Shown: positions 49,899 through 59,315 of the stretch, one piece after another
How positions within the stretch are numbered: position 1 is the first letter of the stretch
Layout: each line of letters opens with the position of its first letter
Position numbers and translations under genes: made by a program
Notes under the pieces: generated by a model
Seen by the model: only the letters and a program-made list of their open reading frames with translations
Databases searched by the model: none
Told to the model about the DNA's origin: nothing
Origin: Candidatus Woesebacteria bacterium
GTDB taxonomy: Bacteria; Patescibacteriota; Microgenomatia; UBA8517
DNA: 64,000 nucleotides
Direction: 5' to 3'
Assembly (NCBI GenBank): GCA_013374855.1
Contig: CP055308.1
Location: 532,071 to 596,070, forward strand

Positions 49899-51176
49899 GT
49901 GAAAAAATATATAGATAAAGCAAAGACGCTTGCTTTTTCGTCTACTGCCAAAGACACCTACTTTCTTTTTGTGGGTAATATTGTCTCTGCCATTTTTCAT
50001 TTTTTGTTTATTTGGTTTATTGCCCGCGCGCTTTCTGTTCCTGAATTTGGAATTTTTTCTGCTGTTTCCAATTTGGTTTATATTATCTCTCCTTTGGTGG
50101 ATCTTGGAATATCGGGGGGATTAATTGAGTTTGCTTCTTATTTTAGATCAAGAGGAGAAGAAGAAAAAGCAAAAGAGTTTGTGAAAGCTGCCTTTATTGC
50201 TCGTTTTTTGTTTCTTCTTTTGGCTTGTGTAATCTTGGTAATGATTTCTCCTTTTTGGGGAGAAAAGCTTTTTGCTTCTTCTGATTTTTATCTTTCTTTA
50301 TGGACTGTGATTATTCTTCTTGGAATTTTCTGGAGTTATTTTTTTTCTTCAACGCTTCAGGCGTATCGAAGATTTATAGCTTCATCTGTTGTTGATAACG
50401 CTTATGCGGCAGGAAGGGTGATCTTTGTAATTTTTCTTTCTATTGGCGGGCTTACGCTTTATAAGGCTTTGGGTGCTTTTGCTTTAGCAGGTATCGTTGC
50501 TTTTTTTGCTGCCCTTTTTACTTTTGGCTTTTCTTTTCTGAAGACAAAACCTTCTTTTTCGGTCTATAAGAAACTTATTTCTTTTTCCGGCTGGCTTGGG
50601 GTAAACAGAGTTCTTTCTTCAGTTTCAGGAAGAGCTGATATTCAGATGCTTGCTGCTCTTGCTGGGGCAACTGTCACTGGGTATTATTCTGTTGCCTCGC
50701 GGCTTTCCTTTTTTATAGTGGTTTTGACTTCAAGCTTTGCTTCTGTAATTTCCCCACGGCTTGCTTCTATGGGAGACAGGGAAAAAGAAAAAGTTTTTAT
50801 TAGAAAATCTCTTTTGGCGGTATTGGGGGTTAGCCTTGGAATTATAGTTTGGGTTTTATTGGCGCGGCCTTTTATACTTTTTCTTTTTGGAGAAAAATAT
50901 AAAGACTCTATTGTTGTTTTCCAGTGGCTTGCTTTGTCTATGATTCCTTTTGTTTTTACTGCTCCTTCTGTTTCTGCTGTTGTTTATGCTTTAAAAAAAC
51001 CTAAGGTTATTGGAGTTTTTTCTTTTGTTCAGACCGCGCTTATTTTTATTCTAAATTACCTGCTTATTCCGAAAATTGGTCCATTTGGGCCTGTTGTAAC
51101 TTATGCTATAACAAATACTGCTCTTGCTTTGTGGACTTGGTGGATTGTCTTAAAATTTTATTGGGGAAAACACTAA
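49899..51176 (+). CDS. Wzx/MATE-like polysaccharide flippase
   Basis: LSVPEFG, DLGI, D..ML and GYYSVA motifs; about 12 TM helices. Confidence 0.85.
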   Translation: MKKYIDKAKTLAFSSTAKDTYFLFVGNIVSAIFHFLFIWFIARALSVPEFGIFSAVSNLVYIISPLVDLGISGGLIEFASYFRSRGEEEKAKEFVKAAFIARFLFLLLACVILVMISPFWGEKLFASSDFYLSLWTVIILLGIFWSYFFSSTLQAYRRFIASSVVDNAYAAGRVIFVIFLSIGGLTLYKALGAFALAGIVAFFAALFTFGFSFLKTKPSFSVYKKLISFSGWLGVNRVLSSVSGRADIQMLAALAGATVTGYYSVASRLSFFIVVLTSSFASVISPRLASMGDREKEKVFIRKSLLAVLGVSLGIIVWVLLARPFILFLFGEKYKDSIVVFQWLALSMIPFVFTAPSVSAVVYALKKPKVIGVFSFVQTALIFILNYLLIPKIGPFGPVVTYAITNTALALWTWWIVLKFYWGKH

Positions 51177-51186
51177 GGCAATAGAT

Positions 51187-52026
51187 ATGAAAGTTTTTGC
51201 TCACAGTTTGGTTTGCAATGAAGAGCGATGGCTTTGGTTTTCTGTCTCCTCAGTTGTTGATTATGTTGACAAAGTTTTGCTTTGGGATACTGGAAGCACA
51301 GACAATAGCTTAAAAATTGAAAGAGAACTTAAAAAAAGATGGCCTGATAAGATTGATTTAAGGCAATATGGCAAAGTTGATGCTTTTTCTTTTACTAAAG
51401 CAAGGCAGGAAATGCTTGAAATTTCAGATTGCGATTGGGTAATGATTTTAGATGGAGATGAGGTTTGGTGGGAGGATAGGCTTAAGCGCGCGCGGCAGAT
51501 TATAGAAAAAGAAGGCAAAAAACTTGACTCAATGGTTCATCGGTATTACAACTTGGTTGGCGACATCTACCATTATCAGGAAGAGGAGGCTGGCAGGTAT
51601 AGAATCGATGATCAAGTTGGACATTTAACTATTAGATTTTTTAATCGAAAAATTGATGGCTTGCATTTTGAGAAAGAGCATGGAGTGCAGGGTATTTTTG
51701 ATGGGAATGGTGTTTTAATTCAGGAAAGAGATAGAAAGAAAAGGTTTCACACGGGCGATTATTATTTGCACTTTACTCATTTAGTGCGCTCAAGCACTAG
51801 GCAGGATGATTTAAAAGTAGTAAAGCGAGCTTTAAAGTATAAGTATGAGCTAGGCATAAGATTTCCTTCTGATTTTGTCTACCCGGAAGTTTTTTATAAA
51901 AGCTATCCTTCGTTTATCGAAAATCCTTGGCAAAAAAGAAGTTTGGGTTATGTGGCGCGGGCATTGATTGAGACGCCATTGAGGAAAATTAAGCGCAGGC
52001 TTTGGTGGGGAAAGGTTGGGTATTAA
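51187..52026 (+). CDS. GT2 glycosyltransferase
   Basis: VCNEE, DTGSTD and ILDGDE motifs. Confidence 0.8.
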   Translation: MKVFAHSLVCNEERWLWFSVSSVVDYVDKVLLWDTGSTDNSLKIERELKKRWPDKIDLRQYGKVDAFSFTKARQEMLEISDCDWVMILDGDEVWWEDRLKRARQIIEKEGKKLDSMVHRYYNLVGDIYHYQEEEAGRYRIDDQVGHLTIRFFNRKIDGLHFEKEHGVQGIFDGNGVLIQERDRKKRFHTGDYYLHFTHLVRSSTRQDDLKVVKRALKYKYELGIRFPSDFVYPEVFYKSYPSFIENPWQKRSLGYVARALIETPLRKIKRRLWWGKVGY

Positions 52027-52035
52027 TAGGGTCGT

Positions 52036-53388
52036 ATGGAGGAAAAACATATTTTCAGAAATGTTTATTTTTTGTTTGCTTTTTATTTGGTTTTTTGTTT
52101 GTTTTTTCTTGGTCTTATTAGATTCACTGCTTGGCCGGAAATGCTTGCTTGGCCTTATCTTATTTTGAAAGGTTGGTTGCCTTACCGTGATATAGCAATA
52201 GCCCATAATCCATTACTTTTGCTTGATGTTTCTTTGTTTTACAAAATCTTTGGTGTTGGAGTTGTCCAGCTTAAATTTTTTACTTGGCTTCTTTTTTCTC
52301 TTGCTGCTCTTATTCTTTTTTGGGTGGTAAAAGATTTGTGGGGGAAAAGAGTTGCCTTTTTCTCTGTTGTTTTTTATTTTCCTCTTTTTGTTTTTTATGA
52401 AGGGAATGGTCTTTGGTTTGATTTTTATATGGGTATTTTTGCTTTTGCCTCTTTTTACTTTGCACAGAAGAAGGAATTTTTTTGGGCAGGTGTTTTTTGG
52501 GGTCTTTCTTTTTTGGCAAAACAGACCGCTTTTTGGTTTCTTTTACCTCTTGTATTGATGCTTTTACCTTTAAAGGAGGCTCCCCTAAAGGTAGGGAAGG
52601 TTATGCTAGGAATGGCTTTGGTCTTAGGGTTATTTTTCATTGGGCTTTTTTATTTTGGAATTTTTTCTGATTGGTGGAATTGGGCTTTTAAGTTTGGGGT
52701 TTTGACCTTGCCTCGACTTTCAGGACAAATTCAGCTTCCAACATTAAGACAATTTTTAATTTCTCTTTTACCATTTTCTATTTTTGTTTATCTTATTTTA
52801 AATTACAAATATAGATTCACAAATCTTTTTTTGTGGGCTGTCGCTGGTTTGATGGGAGTTTTTCCAAGGTTTGAGTTTTTCCATTTTCAACCGGCGCTTT
52901 TTTATCTTTCGATAGCTTTGGCTTTGGTTTTTTCGAAGAAACTACCAGTAAAAAATTATAAATTTATGCTTTTTTATTTGTCTTTTTTGGCGCTTGTTTT
53001 TGGGAGATTTTTATTTTCCAGTTTTAAACAAGAAACTCGTTTTTATGAAAAAAGTGTACAAGAGGTACAAAATGAAGTTTCAAAGATTGTTGCACCAGGA
53101 GAGAAAATTTATATTGTTTCCTATTGGGATAGTCTTTATGCTTTAACTGATACTCTTCCTGCAACAAAGCCACTTGTGCCTTTTATTCCTTGGTATTTAA
53201 AACTTAATGGAGTTGAAGAGAAAATATTGAAAAGTCTAGAAGAAGAAAAACCAAAAGTTATGGTTGCTTACTATCCATCTATTAAAACAGGTCTGATACA
53301 CAGGTCTGATTTGATTGAAGAATTTATAGATAAAAATTATTATGAAGAAGAGTGGTTTGGGGAAGTTTTTGTTTTTGTAAGAAAATGA
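52036..53388 (+). CDS. GT-C glycosyltransferase (PMT_2-like) carrying an in-frame REP
   Basis: WPE, PYRD..HNP and KQ motifs; multiple TM helices. Confidence 0.7.
   Translation: MEEKHIFRNVYFLFAFYLVFCLFFLGLIRFTAWPEMLAWPYLILKGWLPYRDIAIAHNPLLLLDVSLFYKIFGVGVVQLKFFTWLLFSLAALILFWVVKDLWGKRVAFFSVVFYFPLFVFYEGNGLWFDFYMGIFAFASFYFAQKKEFFWAGVFWGLSFLAKQTAFWFLLPLVLMLLPLKEAPLKVGKVMLGMALVLGLFFIGLFYFGIFSDWWNWAFKFGVLTLPRLSGQIQLPTLRQFLISLLPFSIFVYLILNYKYRFTNLFLWAVAGLMGVFPRFEFFHFQPALFYLSIALALVFSKKLPVKNYKFMLFYLSFLALVFGRFLFSSFKQETRFYEKSVQEVQNEVSKIVAPGEKIYIVSYWDSLYALTDTLPATKPLVPFIPWYLKLNGVEEKILKSLEEEKPKVMVAYYPSIKTGLIHRSDLIEEFIDKNYYEEEWFGEVFVFVRK
52566..52592. repeat. REP-like element, copy 5 (intragenic)
   Basis: acctttaaaggaggctcccctaaaggt, 26/27 identical to the reverse complement of copy 1. 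Confidence 0.9.
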
Positions 53389-54452
53389 AAAAAATTGCTT
53401 TTTTAAATATTTACAATGGGGTTGTAAACAGGGGTGCTGAGACCTTTGTAAAAGAGTTGACTTCTCGTCTTTCCTCAAAATATAAAGTTGAAGTTTTCCA
53501 AGCAGGGGAAGCTAAGGGTAATGAAAATTATAGAGTTATCCAAATTCCAGCAAAAATTTCAAGTAAAGTTGACAATGCTGGTTTTTTTTCTAGGCTTTTT
53601 ATTACAAGAAACGACTTTTCAATTTTGTTTTTTACTCTTAAGGCAGTTCATAGAATTTTAAAGGAAAAGCCTGACGTTGTAATTCCTGTTAATGGTGGAT
53701 GGATGCCTGCTATTTTGAGGATAGTTACTTGGATTTATGGAGGCAAACTTGTTATCTCAGGTCAATCAGGAGTAGGTTGGGATGATAGAAATAATCTTTG
53801 GTGTTTCCCTAATGTTTTTGTTGCTCTTTCTTCTTATGCTGCTTCTTGGGCAAAAAGAGCTAATCCTTTTGTAAGGGTTGTCTATATTCCAAATGGTGTG
53901 GATCTAATCAAATTTAGAAAGTTGGCAAATAGAAAAGACAAAGATAAGAGTAAAGTGGTTCTTGCTGCTTGCGCTTTTGTAAAGTCAAAAAGACTTGATT
54001 TGGCGATAGAGGCAGTTTCTAGACTTAATGATGTAAAGCTAATTATTGCGGGGGGAGGGGGAGATCTAAGGGATAAGATTTATGATTTAGGATCTAGAAA
54101 ATTGGGTGATAGATTTGAGATTGTTTCGGTTCCTTTTGAGGATATGCCTGAAGTTTACAGAAAAGCTGATGTTTTTACTTTGCCATCGGAGAGTTCGGAG
54201 GCTTTTGGAAATGTTTTGGTTGAAGCAATGGCTTCAGGACTTCCAGTGGTTGCAACAGATGATCCAATTAGGAGAGAAATTGTAGGCAAAGCTGGAATTT
54301 TAGTTGATCCAAAAGATATTGATTCTTATACCACGGCTTTAGAGACTGCTTTGAAAAAAGATTGGGGTAATTTACCTCGAAAGCAGGCAGAAAAATTTTC
54401 TTGGGATAGAATAGCTAAAATGTATGACAAACTTTTTGAAGAGATTGCCTGA
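53385..54452 (+). CDS. GT4 glycosyltransferase
   Basis: RGAE, IPNGVD, KR and EAFGNVLVEAMASG motifs. Confidence 0.9.
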   Translation: MKKIAFLNIYNGVVNRGAETFVKELTSRLSSKYKVEVFQAGEAKGNENYRVIQIPAKISSKVDNAGFFSRLFITRNDFSILFFTLKAVHRILKEKPDVVIPVNGGWMPAILRIVTWIYGGKLVISGQSGVGWDDRNNLWCFPNVFVALSSYAASWAKRANPFVRVVYIPNGVDLIKFRKLANRKDKDKSKVVLAACAFVKSKRLDLAIEAVSRLNDVKLIIAGGGGDLRDKIYDLGSRKLGDRFEIVSVPFEDMPEVYRKADVFTLPSESSEAFGNVLVEAMASGLPVVATDDPIRREIVGKAGILVDPKDIDSYTTALETALKKDWGNLPRKQAEKFSWDRIAKMYDKLFEEIA

Positions 54453-54453
54453 T

Positions 54454-55293
54454 ATGAAAATAAGTGTGATTATTCCAACTTATAATGAAGAGGCTGTTAT
54501 TTCTGATTGTATTTTATCTCTTTCGAAACAAACTTATCCTGATTTCGAGATTATTGTCGTTGATGATGGAAGTAGTGATAAGACACTTCAGATTTTGTCT
54601 GGTTTGAGGGCTAAATTCAAAAATCTGAAAGTTTTAAGGCAAAACCACAAAGGACCGGGAGCGGCAAGAAATTTTGGAGCAAAAAGGGCAAAAGGTGAAA
54701 TCTTGGTTTTTGTTGATGCTGATATGACTTTTGATAAAGATTTTTTGAATAATTTAACTTTTCCTATTAGAAACGGCAAGACTAAGGGTACTTTTAGCAA
54801 GGAAGAGTTTGTTTCCAATTGGGAGAATGTTTGGGCTCGTTGTTGGAATATTAATGAGGGCTGGGAGGAGAAAAGAAGACACCCTAAAGACTATCCTGAT
54901 TTTCAGCCTGTTTTTCGCGCGATTCTAAAAGAAGAGTTTGATAGAGTTGGAGGATTTACACCTGGTGGTTATGACGATGATTGGAGCTTAAGTAATAAGT
55001 TAGGTTATAAAGCTTCTGTTGCAAAGGGGGCTATTTTTTATCATAAAAACCCTTCTAGTCTGAAGGAGGTTTTTAATCACTCGAAATGGGTTGGAAAAAG
55101 AAAATATAAGCTAGGTCTTTTGGGATATTTGGTTGCTTTGAGCCGGTCTTCTTTTCCGATTTCTTTATTGGTTGGTTTTTACAAGAGTATTATGAAAAAA
55201 GAGCCTAGATTTTTAATTTTTAAACTGGTTTATGATTTTGGTCTTTTCCTCGGGATAATCGAATACTTATTAACTGGTTATGGTTCGAAGTAG
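54454..55293 (+). CDS. GT2 glycosyltransferase
   Basis: IPTYNEE, VDDGS, ARN.G, FVDAD and YDDD motifs. Confidence 0.9.
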   Translation: MKISVIIPTYNEEAVISDCILSLSKQTYPDFEIIVVDDGSSDKTLQILSGLRAKFKNLKVLRQNHKGPGAARNFGAKRAKGEILVFVDADMTFDKDFLNNLTFPIRNGKTKGTFSKEEFVSNWENVWARCWNINEGWEEKRRHPKDYPDFQPVFRAILKEEFDRVGGFTPGGYDDDWSLSNKLGYKASVAKGAIFYHKNPSSLKEVFNHSKWVGKRKYKLGLLGYLVALSRSSFPISLLVGFYKSIMKKEPRFLIFKLVYDFGLFLGIIEYLLTGYGSK

Positions 55294-56653
55294 GTTTTTT
55301 GTGAATAGACTTTTTGCTGATAGTTTTTTTGTTAGGATTTGGGAACAAAAAATATTTGTGTTTTCTTTGAGTTTGGGATTAGTTTTAAGGTTGGTATCTC
55401 TTAATCAATCATTATGGCTTGATGAGGCAACTACTGCGCTTGTTGCCAAGATGAGTTTTACAGATATTTTTACTAAATTTTTACCTGGAGACTTTCATCC
55501 ACCTTTATATTACTTGCTAATTAAGGTTTGGGTTTTTTTGTTTGGTAATTCGGAGGTTGTGTTAAGGATTCCGTCTGTTATTTTTGGTCTGGGCACAATA
55601 GTTTTTACCTATCTTATAGCTAAGGAATTATTTGGCATTAGGGTGGCAAATATTGTCTCTTTTCTTACTGCTACCTCTGGTCTTTTAATTTATTATTCTC
55701 AGGAGGCAAGGATGTACTCAATGGCTGTTTTTTTGGTTTCTTCTGTTTTTTATTTTTGGATTAAAAAGTGCTGGTTTTGGTTCTCCCTTTTTCTTTTTCT
55801 CTTGGGATTGGTTGATTATGTTGCTTTATTTGTTGTACCAGTTTTTTTAATTTGCGAGAAAAATAGGAAGAAATTGATTTTGAGTTTTCTTCCCCTTTTT
55901 TTGGGATTTGCTGTATGGTTACCTGTTTTTCTAAAGCAGTTTTATGGTGGCCTTTCGAATACAGGTAATGCTTGGTGGAATATTTTGGGTGCTTTAAACC
56001 TAAAAAATATTGCTCTTATTCCTGTTAAGTTTGTTTTGGGGAGAATAAGTTTTGATGACAGGTTTTTGTATTTTTTGATTGCTTGTGTTTCTATCAGTTT
56101 GTTTTTTTATCTTTTATTTAGGTCTTTTGGGAAAAATAAAGTTATACTTTTGTGGTTTGTTTTACCCATTTTTATTGGTGTTATCATGAGCATTAAAATT
56201 CCAATTCTTTATTATTTTCGTTTTATTTTTTGCCTGCCTGCTTTTTATATTTTGGTTTCTTCTGGTTTGTCGACATTGCGGGGGATTTATTTTAAAGCCA
56301 TTCTTTTTGTTGTTGTTTTTATTAATATTTTTTCTTCTATTTTTTATCTTACTTCTTATAGATTCCAGCGTGAAGATTGGAGATTAGCGTTGAGAACAAT
56401 TGGCAATGATTTTTTGATAATGCCTAATAATACTCACAAAGAAGCGGTGATTTATTATGGTAAAGAAGATAATTTGTTAGATATTGGAAGCCTTAAAGGA
56501 GATGAAAATTATATTTGGTTATCGCGTTATGTTTGGGAAATAACAGACCCTCAAGATTATACTCGTCTTGAAATTGAAAAATTAGGTTTTGAGAAAGTTG
56601 GTGAGTATAATTTTAATGGAGTGGTTTTCTGGAAATATCAGAATAAAAGATAA
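55280..56653 (+). CDS. GT-C glycosyltransferase (PMT_2/ArnT-like)
   Basis: SLWLDEA, DFHPPLYY and YSQEARMY motifs. Confidence 0.85.
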   Translation: MVRSRFFVNRLFADSFFVRIWEQKIFVFSLSLGLVLRLVSLNQSLWLDEATTALVAKMSFTDIFTKFLPGDFHPPLYYLLIKVWVFLFGNSEVVLRIPSVIFGLGTIVFTYLIAKELFGIRVANIVSFLTATSGLLIYYSQEARMYSMAVFLVSSVFYFWIKKCWFWFSLFLFLLGLVDYVALFVVPVFLICEKNRKKLILSFLPLFLGFAVWLPVFLKQFYGGLSNTGNAWWNILGALNLKNIALIPVKFVLGRISFDDRFLYFLIACVSISLFFYLLFRSFGKNKVILLWFVLPIFIGVIMSIKIPILYYFRFIFCLPAFYILVSSGLSTLRGIYFKAILFVVVFINIFSSIFYLTSYRFQREDWRLALRTIGNDFLIMPNNTHKEAVIYYGKEDNLLDIGSLKGDENYIWLSRYVWEITDPQDYTRLEIEKLGFEKVGEYNFNGVVFWKYQNKR

Positions 56654-56765
56654 TATTTTTCAACCGAATAGGTAATTTTATAATATCTTCTGCTGGTAGT
56701 ATTTGATATTTGTCTATCTTAAATTGCTTGTTTAAGATTATTGTAAATACTTGAAAAGGATTTGC

Positions 56766-57116
56766 TTATTTTTTGTCTTTATCTCTAAGAGCGATCTCTC
56801 TGGTGAGAGTTGTTATTTGTCTTTCTAATACTTCAATAATGGAAAGAATTCTGAAGAGGATCATAAAAACCACAACAAAACCAAAGAATATAAGAGTGTT
56901 CAAATTACTACCCATACCTAGTTTTCTTGAGACAAAATAAGCAAAATCTGGAAAAAGAGAGATTGTAAGAATTACACCCCAGATTATAATGGTTGATGCG
57001 GTTTTGAAAAAACTTTGAGATGTTTCTTTTTTAACAAAGCGAGAAACACCCCTTCCTATCATATAAGAAGAAAGTAATATTAACGCCCAGCGTATAACAG
57101 AAATTCCAAAAATCAT
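56766..57116 (-). CDS. DUF2304-like small membrane protein
   Basis: 3 TM helices, FPD..S..LG.G and C-terminal ITTLTREIAL; start after TGCTATAAT-N6. Confidence 0.75.
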   Translation of the reverse strand: MIFGISVIRWALILLSSYMIGRGVSRFVKKETSQSFFKTASTIIIWGVILTISLFPDFAYFVSRKLGMGSNLNTLIFFGFVVVFMILFRILSIIEVLERQITTLTREIALRDKDKK

Positions 57117-57258
57117 AAGCTTATTATAGCAAAATAGAATAAACAGCTTTGGTTTATTGTAATTGAGAAGATATTTTGTTAATCTAAAAGTTGTCAAAGA
57201 TCAAACTAGATATTTATCTGTTAAATTTGCTTGTAGACATAAAAGCTGGCTCTTTTTT

Positions 57259-57618
57259 ATGAAATACTATTCTGATAAAAGTTCGATAATAATTTCTTAT
57301 ACAGATTCTGATTGGGATAAATTGCTAGAGAGCTCTAATGTTTCAATTTTAGAAAACGAGGAGTCAGTAAAAAAGGTATTTTCCTTGGCTTTTGAGTGGT
57401 TTATTAGTGGCAAGTATTCTATTGATGATCTTTCTGCTGTTTGCATGAAGTTGTTTGACATATTACAGGTTATTGGAAGCAACAAATATCCAGAACTTTT
57501 TGATGCTCTAGATGATGGGTCTGAACTTTCATTTTACATAAGAAAACCTGATCTTTTGCCCCAATTTACTAAGCTTTTGGAAGAATTTTTTGATATCTAT
57601 GAAGGATTAAATAAATAA
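57259..57618 (+). CDS. Hypothetical protein, paralog of 47508-47933
   Basis: GKYSIDDLS...KLF and ELSFYIRKPD motifs. Confidence 0.75.
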   Translation: MKYYSDKSSIIISYTDSDWDKLLESSNVSILENEESVKKVFSLAFEWFISGKYSIDDLSAVCMKLFDILQVIGSNKYPELFDALDDGSELSFYIRKPDLLPQFTKLLEEFFDIYEGLNK

Positions 57619-57713
57619 TCTATAGTTTCCTTCAATTCTTGCCGGTAAATTTGTTTCTAATTTAATTTAGCTAATATTTAAAGACATTAAAGTTGATTTT
57701 TACAGATACTAAG

Positions 57714-58391
57714 TTACTGGCTTAATATTATTCGTACCATTGTTTTAATCCCATTAACCAAGTTTTGTTTTTGTTTTTTTGATTTTGAATATTCTGTATA
57801 GAAGACATCTATTGGTATTTCTGTATATTTTAGTTTGTTTCTTGCGATTTCTCTTATTACTTCACTATCAAATTCATAACGATCCATTTTTAAGTCAAGA
57901 AGTTTTAAAGCCTTTTTACTGTATGCGCGAAAACCAGATTGGGAATCTGAGACCATTATCCCATAAACCAAAAAAATAAGAACGTTGGCAAACTTATTAG
58001 CAAGTTTGTTGAAAGTTGGTATTTTGTTTTTCTTCTTCTTGAATCTTGTTCCCATCACTACATCAAAACCTTCTTCTATTTTTTTGACCATTTTTTTGAT
58101 TTCTTTTGGGTTATTTTGTCCGTCGCCGTCTATTGTTACTACAATATCGGCGTCTTTTGTTTTTGCAAACTCAAGACCTGTTTTGACAGCTGCTCCTTTA
58201 CCTCGATTTATAACGTGCCTTAGTACAAAAACTTTTTCTTCTTTTGCTTTCTGTAGCGTATTATCTGTTGACCCGTCATCAACTAAAATAATATTTTTCC
58301 AGCCCTCATTTTTAATGTCTTTTATTACCTTTTTGATTACCTTTTCTTCGTTATAGCAGGGGATAACAATAAACACCTTTTTGCTTGCCAT
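57714..58391 (-). CDS. GT2 DPM-synthase-like polyprenyl-phosphate glycosyltransferase
   Basis: IPCYNEE, DDGSTD, NRGKG, DGDGQ and DSQSGFRAY motifs. Confidence 0.9.
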   Translation of the reverse strand: MASKKVFIVIPCYNEEKVIKKVIKDIKNEGWKNIILVDDGSTDNTLQKAKEEKVFVLRHVINRGKGAAVKTGLEFAKTKDADIVVTIDGDGQNNPKEIKKMVKKIEEGFDVVMGTRFKKKKNKIPTFNKLANKFANVLIFLVYGIMVSDSQSGFRAYSKKALKLLDLKMDRYEFDSEVIREIARNKLKYTEIPIDVFYTEYSKSKKQKQNLVNGIKTMVRIILSQ

Positions 58392-58445
58392 AGCAGTATT
58401 TTATCAGATTTATGGCCTTTTTGTGGTATAATTGAGGATACTAAG

Positions 58446-58739
58446 ATGTCTGTTTCTCTTTTAGCTTTCAAAAAACTCTTTTGGGATGTTGATTTTTCTA
58501 AAATTGATCCTGTTAAAAATAAGCGGTTTGTTATTGAAAGAGTGCTTGAATATGGCGACCTTTCCCATTTTAAAAAGCTAAAAGAGGTTTATTCTCTTGA
58601 TGACATAAAGGAAGTTCTTAAAAACTCAAGAACAATATCGTTTAAAACTGCCAACTTTTATGCTTTAATATTGCATGTTCCCAGAAAGGATATTTTATGT
58701 TTGAGAAAGCCATTGATACAAAAACAAGACAGGTTTTAA
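58446..58739 (+). CDS. DUF6922-like putative antitoxin
   Basis: LFWDVD..ID...FVIERVLEYGD motif; overlaps the AbiEii gene. Confidence 0.75.
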   Translation: MSVSLLAFKKLFWDVDFSKIDPVKNKRFVIERVLEYGDLSHFKKLKEVYSLDDIKEVLKNSRTISFKTANFYALILHVPRKDILCLRKPLIQKQDRF

Positions 58740-59311
58740 GAAAAATAAAAGAAACTGGGGTGTTGGATAATTTTTATCTTGCCGGAGGTACTGCTCTTTC
58801 TTTAATTTTGGGACACAGAAAGTCTATTGACCTTGATTTCTTTTCTTCCAAATTTCCAAAGATTGAGATATTGCTTGCCAAGTTAAAGCCTCTTGTGCCT
58901 GAGATTATTAATCAAGATAAAGGGACGCTTGATTTGTATATAGATGGTGTGAAGGTGAGTTTTTTGAGATATGATTATCCTTTAATTGGAGATTTATTAG
59001 AGTTTGATGGGGTGAGGATTGCTTCGATTTTTGATATTGCTTGTATGAAGCTTTCTGCAATATCCTCTCGTGGATCAAAAAAGGATTTTGTTGACCTTTA
59101 TTTTATTCTTAAAGATAAAGGGTTTGGTAGACTTCTTTCTCTTTTTCAGAAAAAATTTAAAGGCGTTGACTATCAGATGACCCACATCTTAAAGTCTCTT
59201 GTTTATTTTAAGGATGCGGAACAAGACCCAGATCCTGTTTTTTTGGTTCCTTTTGACTGGAAGAAAGCAAAGGAAAGATTAAAAAAGGAAGTTCTTTCTT
59301 ATGTTTTATAG
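58697..59311 (+). CDS. AbiEii-family nucleotidyltransferase toxin
   Basis: YLAGGTAL, HRKSIDLDF and MK...RG.KKDFVD motifs. Confidence 0.9.
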   Translation: MFEKAIDTKTRQVLRKIKETGVLDNFYLAGGTALSLILGHRKSIDLDFFSSKFPKIEILLAKLKPLVPEIINQDKGTLDLYIDGVKVSFLRYDYPLIGDLLEFDGVRIASIFDIACMKLSAISSRGSKKDFVDLYFILKDKGFGRLLSLFQKKFKGVDYQMTHILKSLVYFKDAEQDPDPVFLVPFDWKKAKERLKKEVLSYVL

Positions 59312-59315
59312 AAAG

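Noticed and set aside
56654-56765. Short minus-strand open frame (ANPFQVFTIILNKQFKIDKYQILPAEDII...) as a gene remnant
   Set aside because: No start codon and no recognisable motif; A-rich minus frames stay open easily here.
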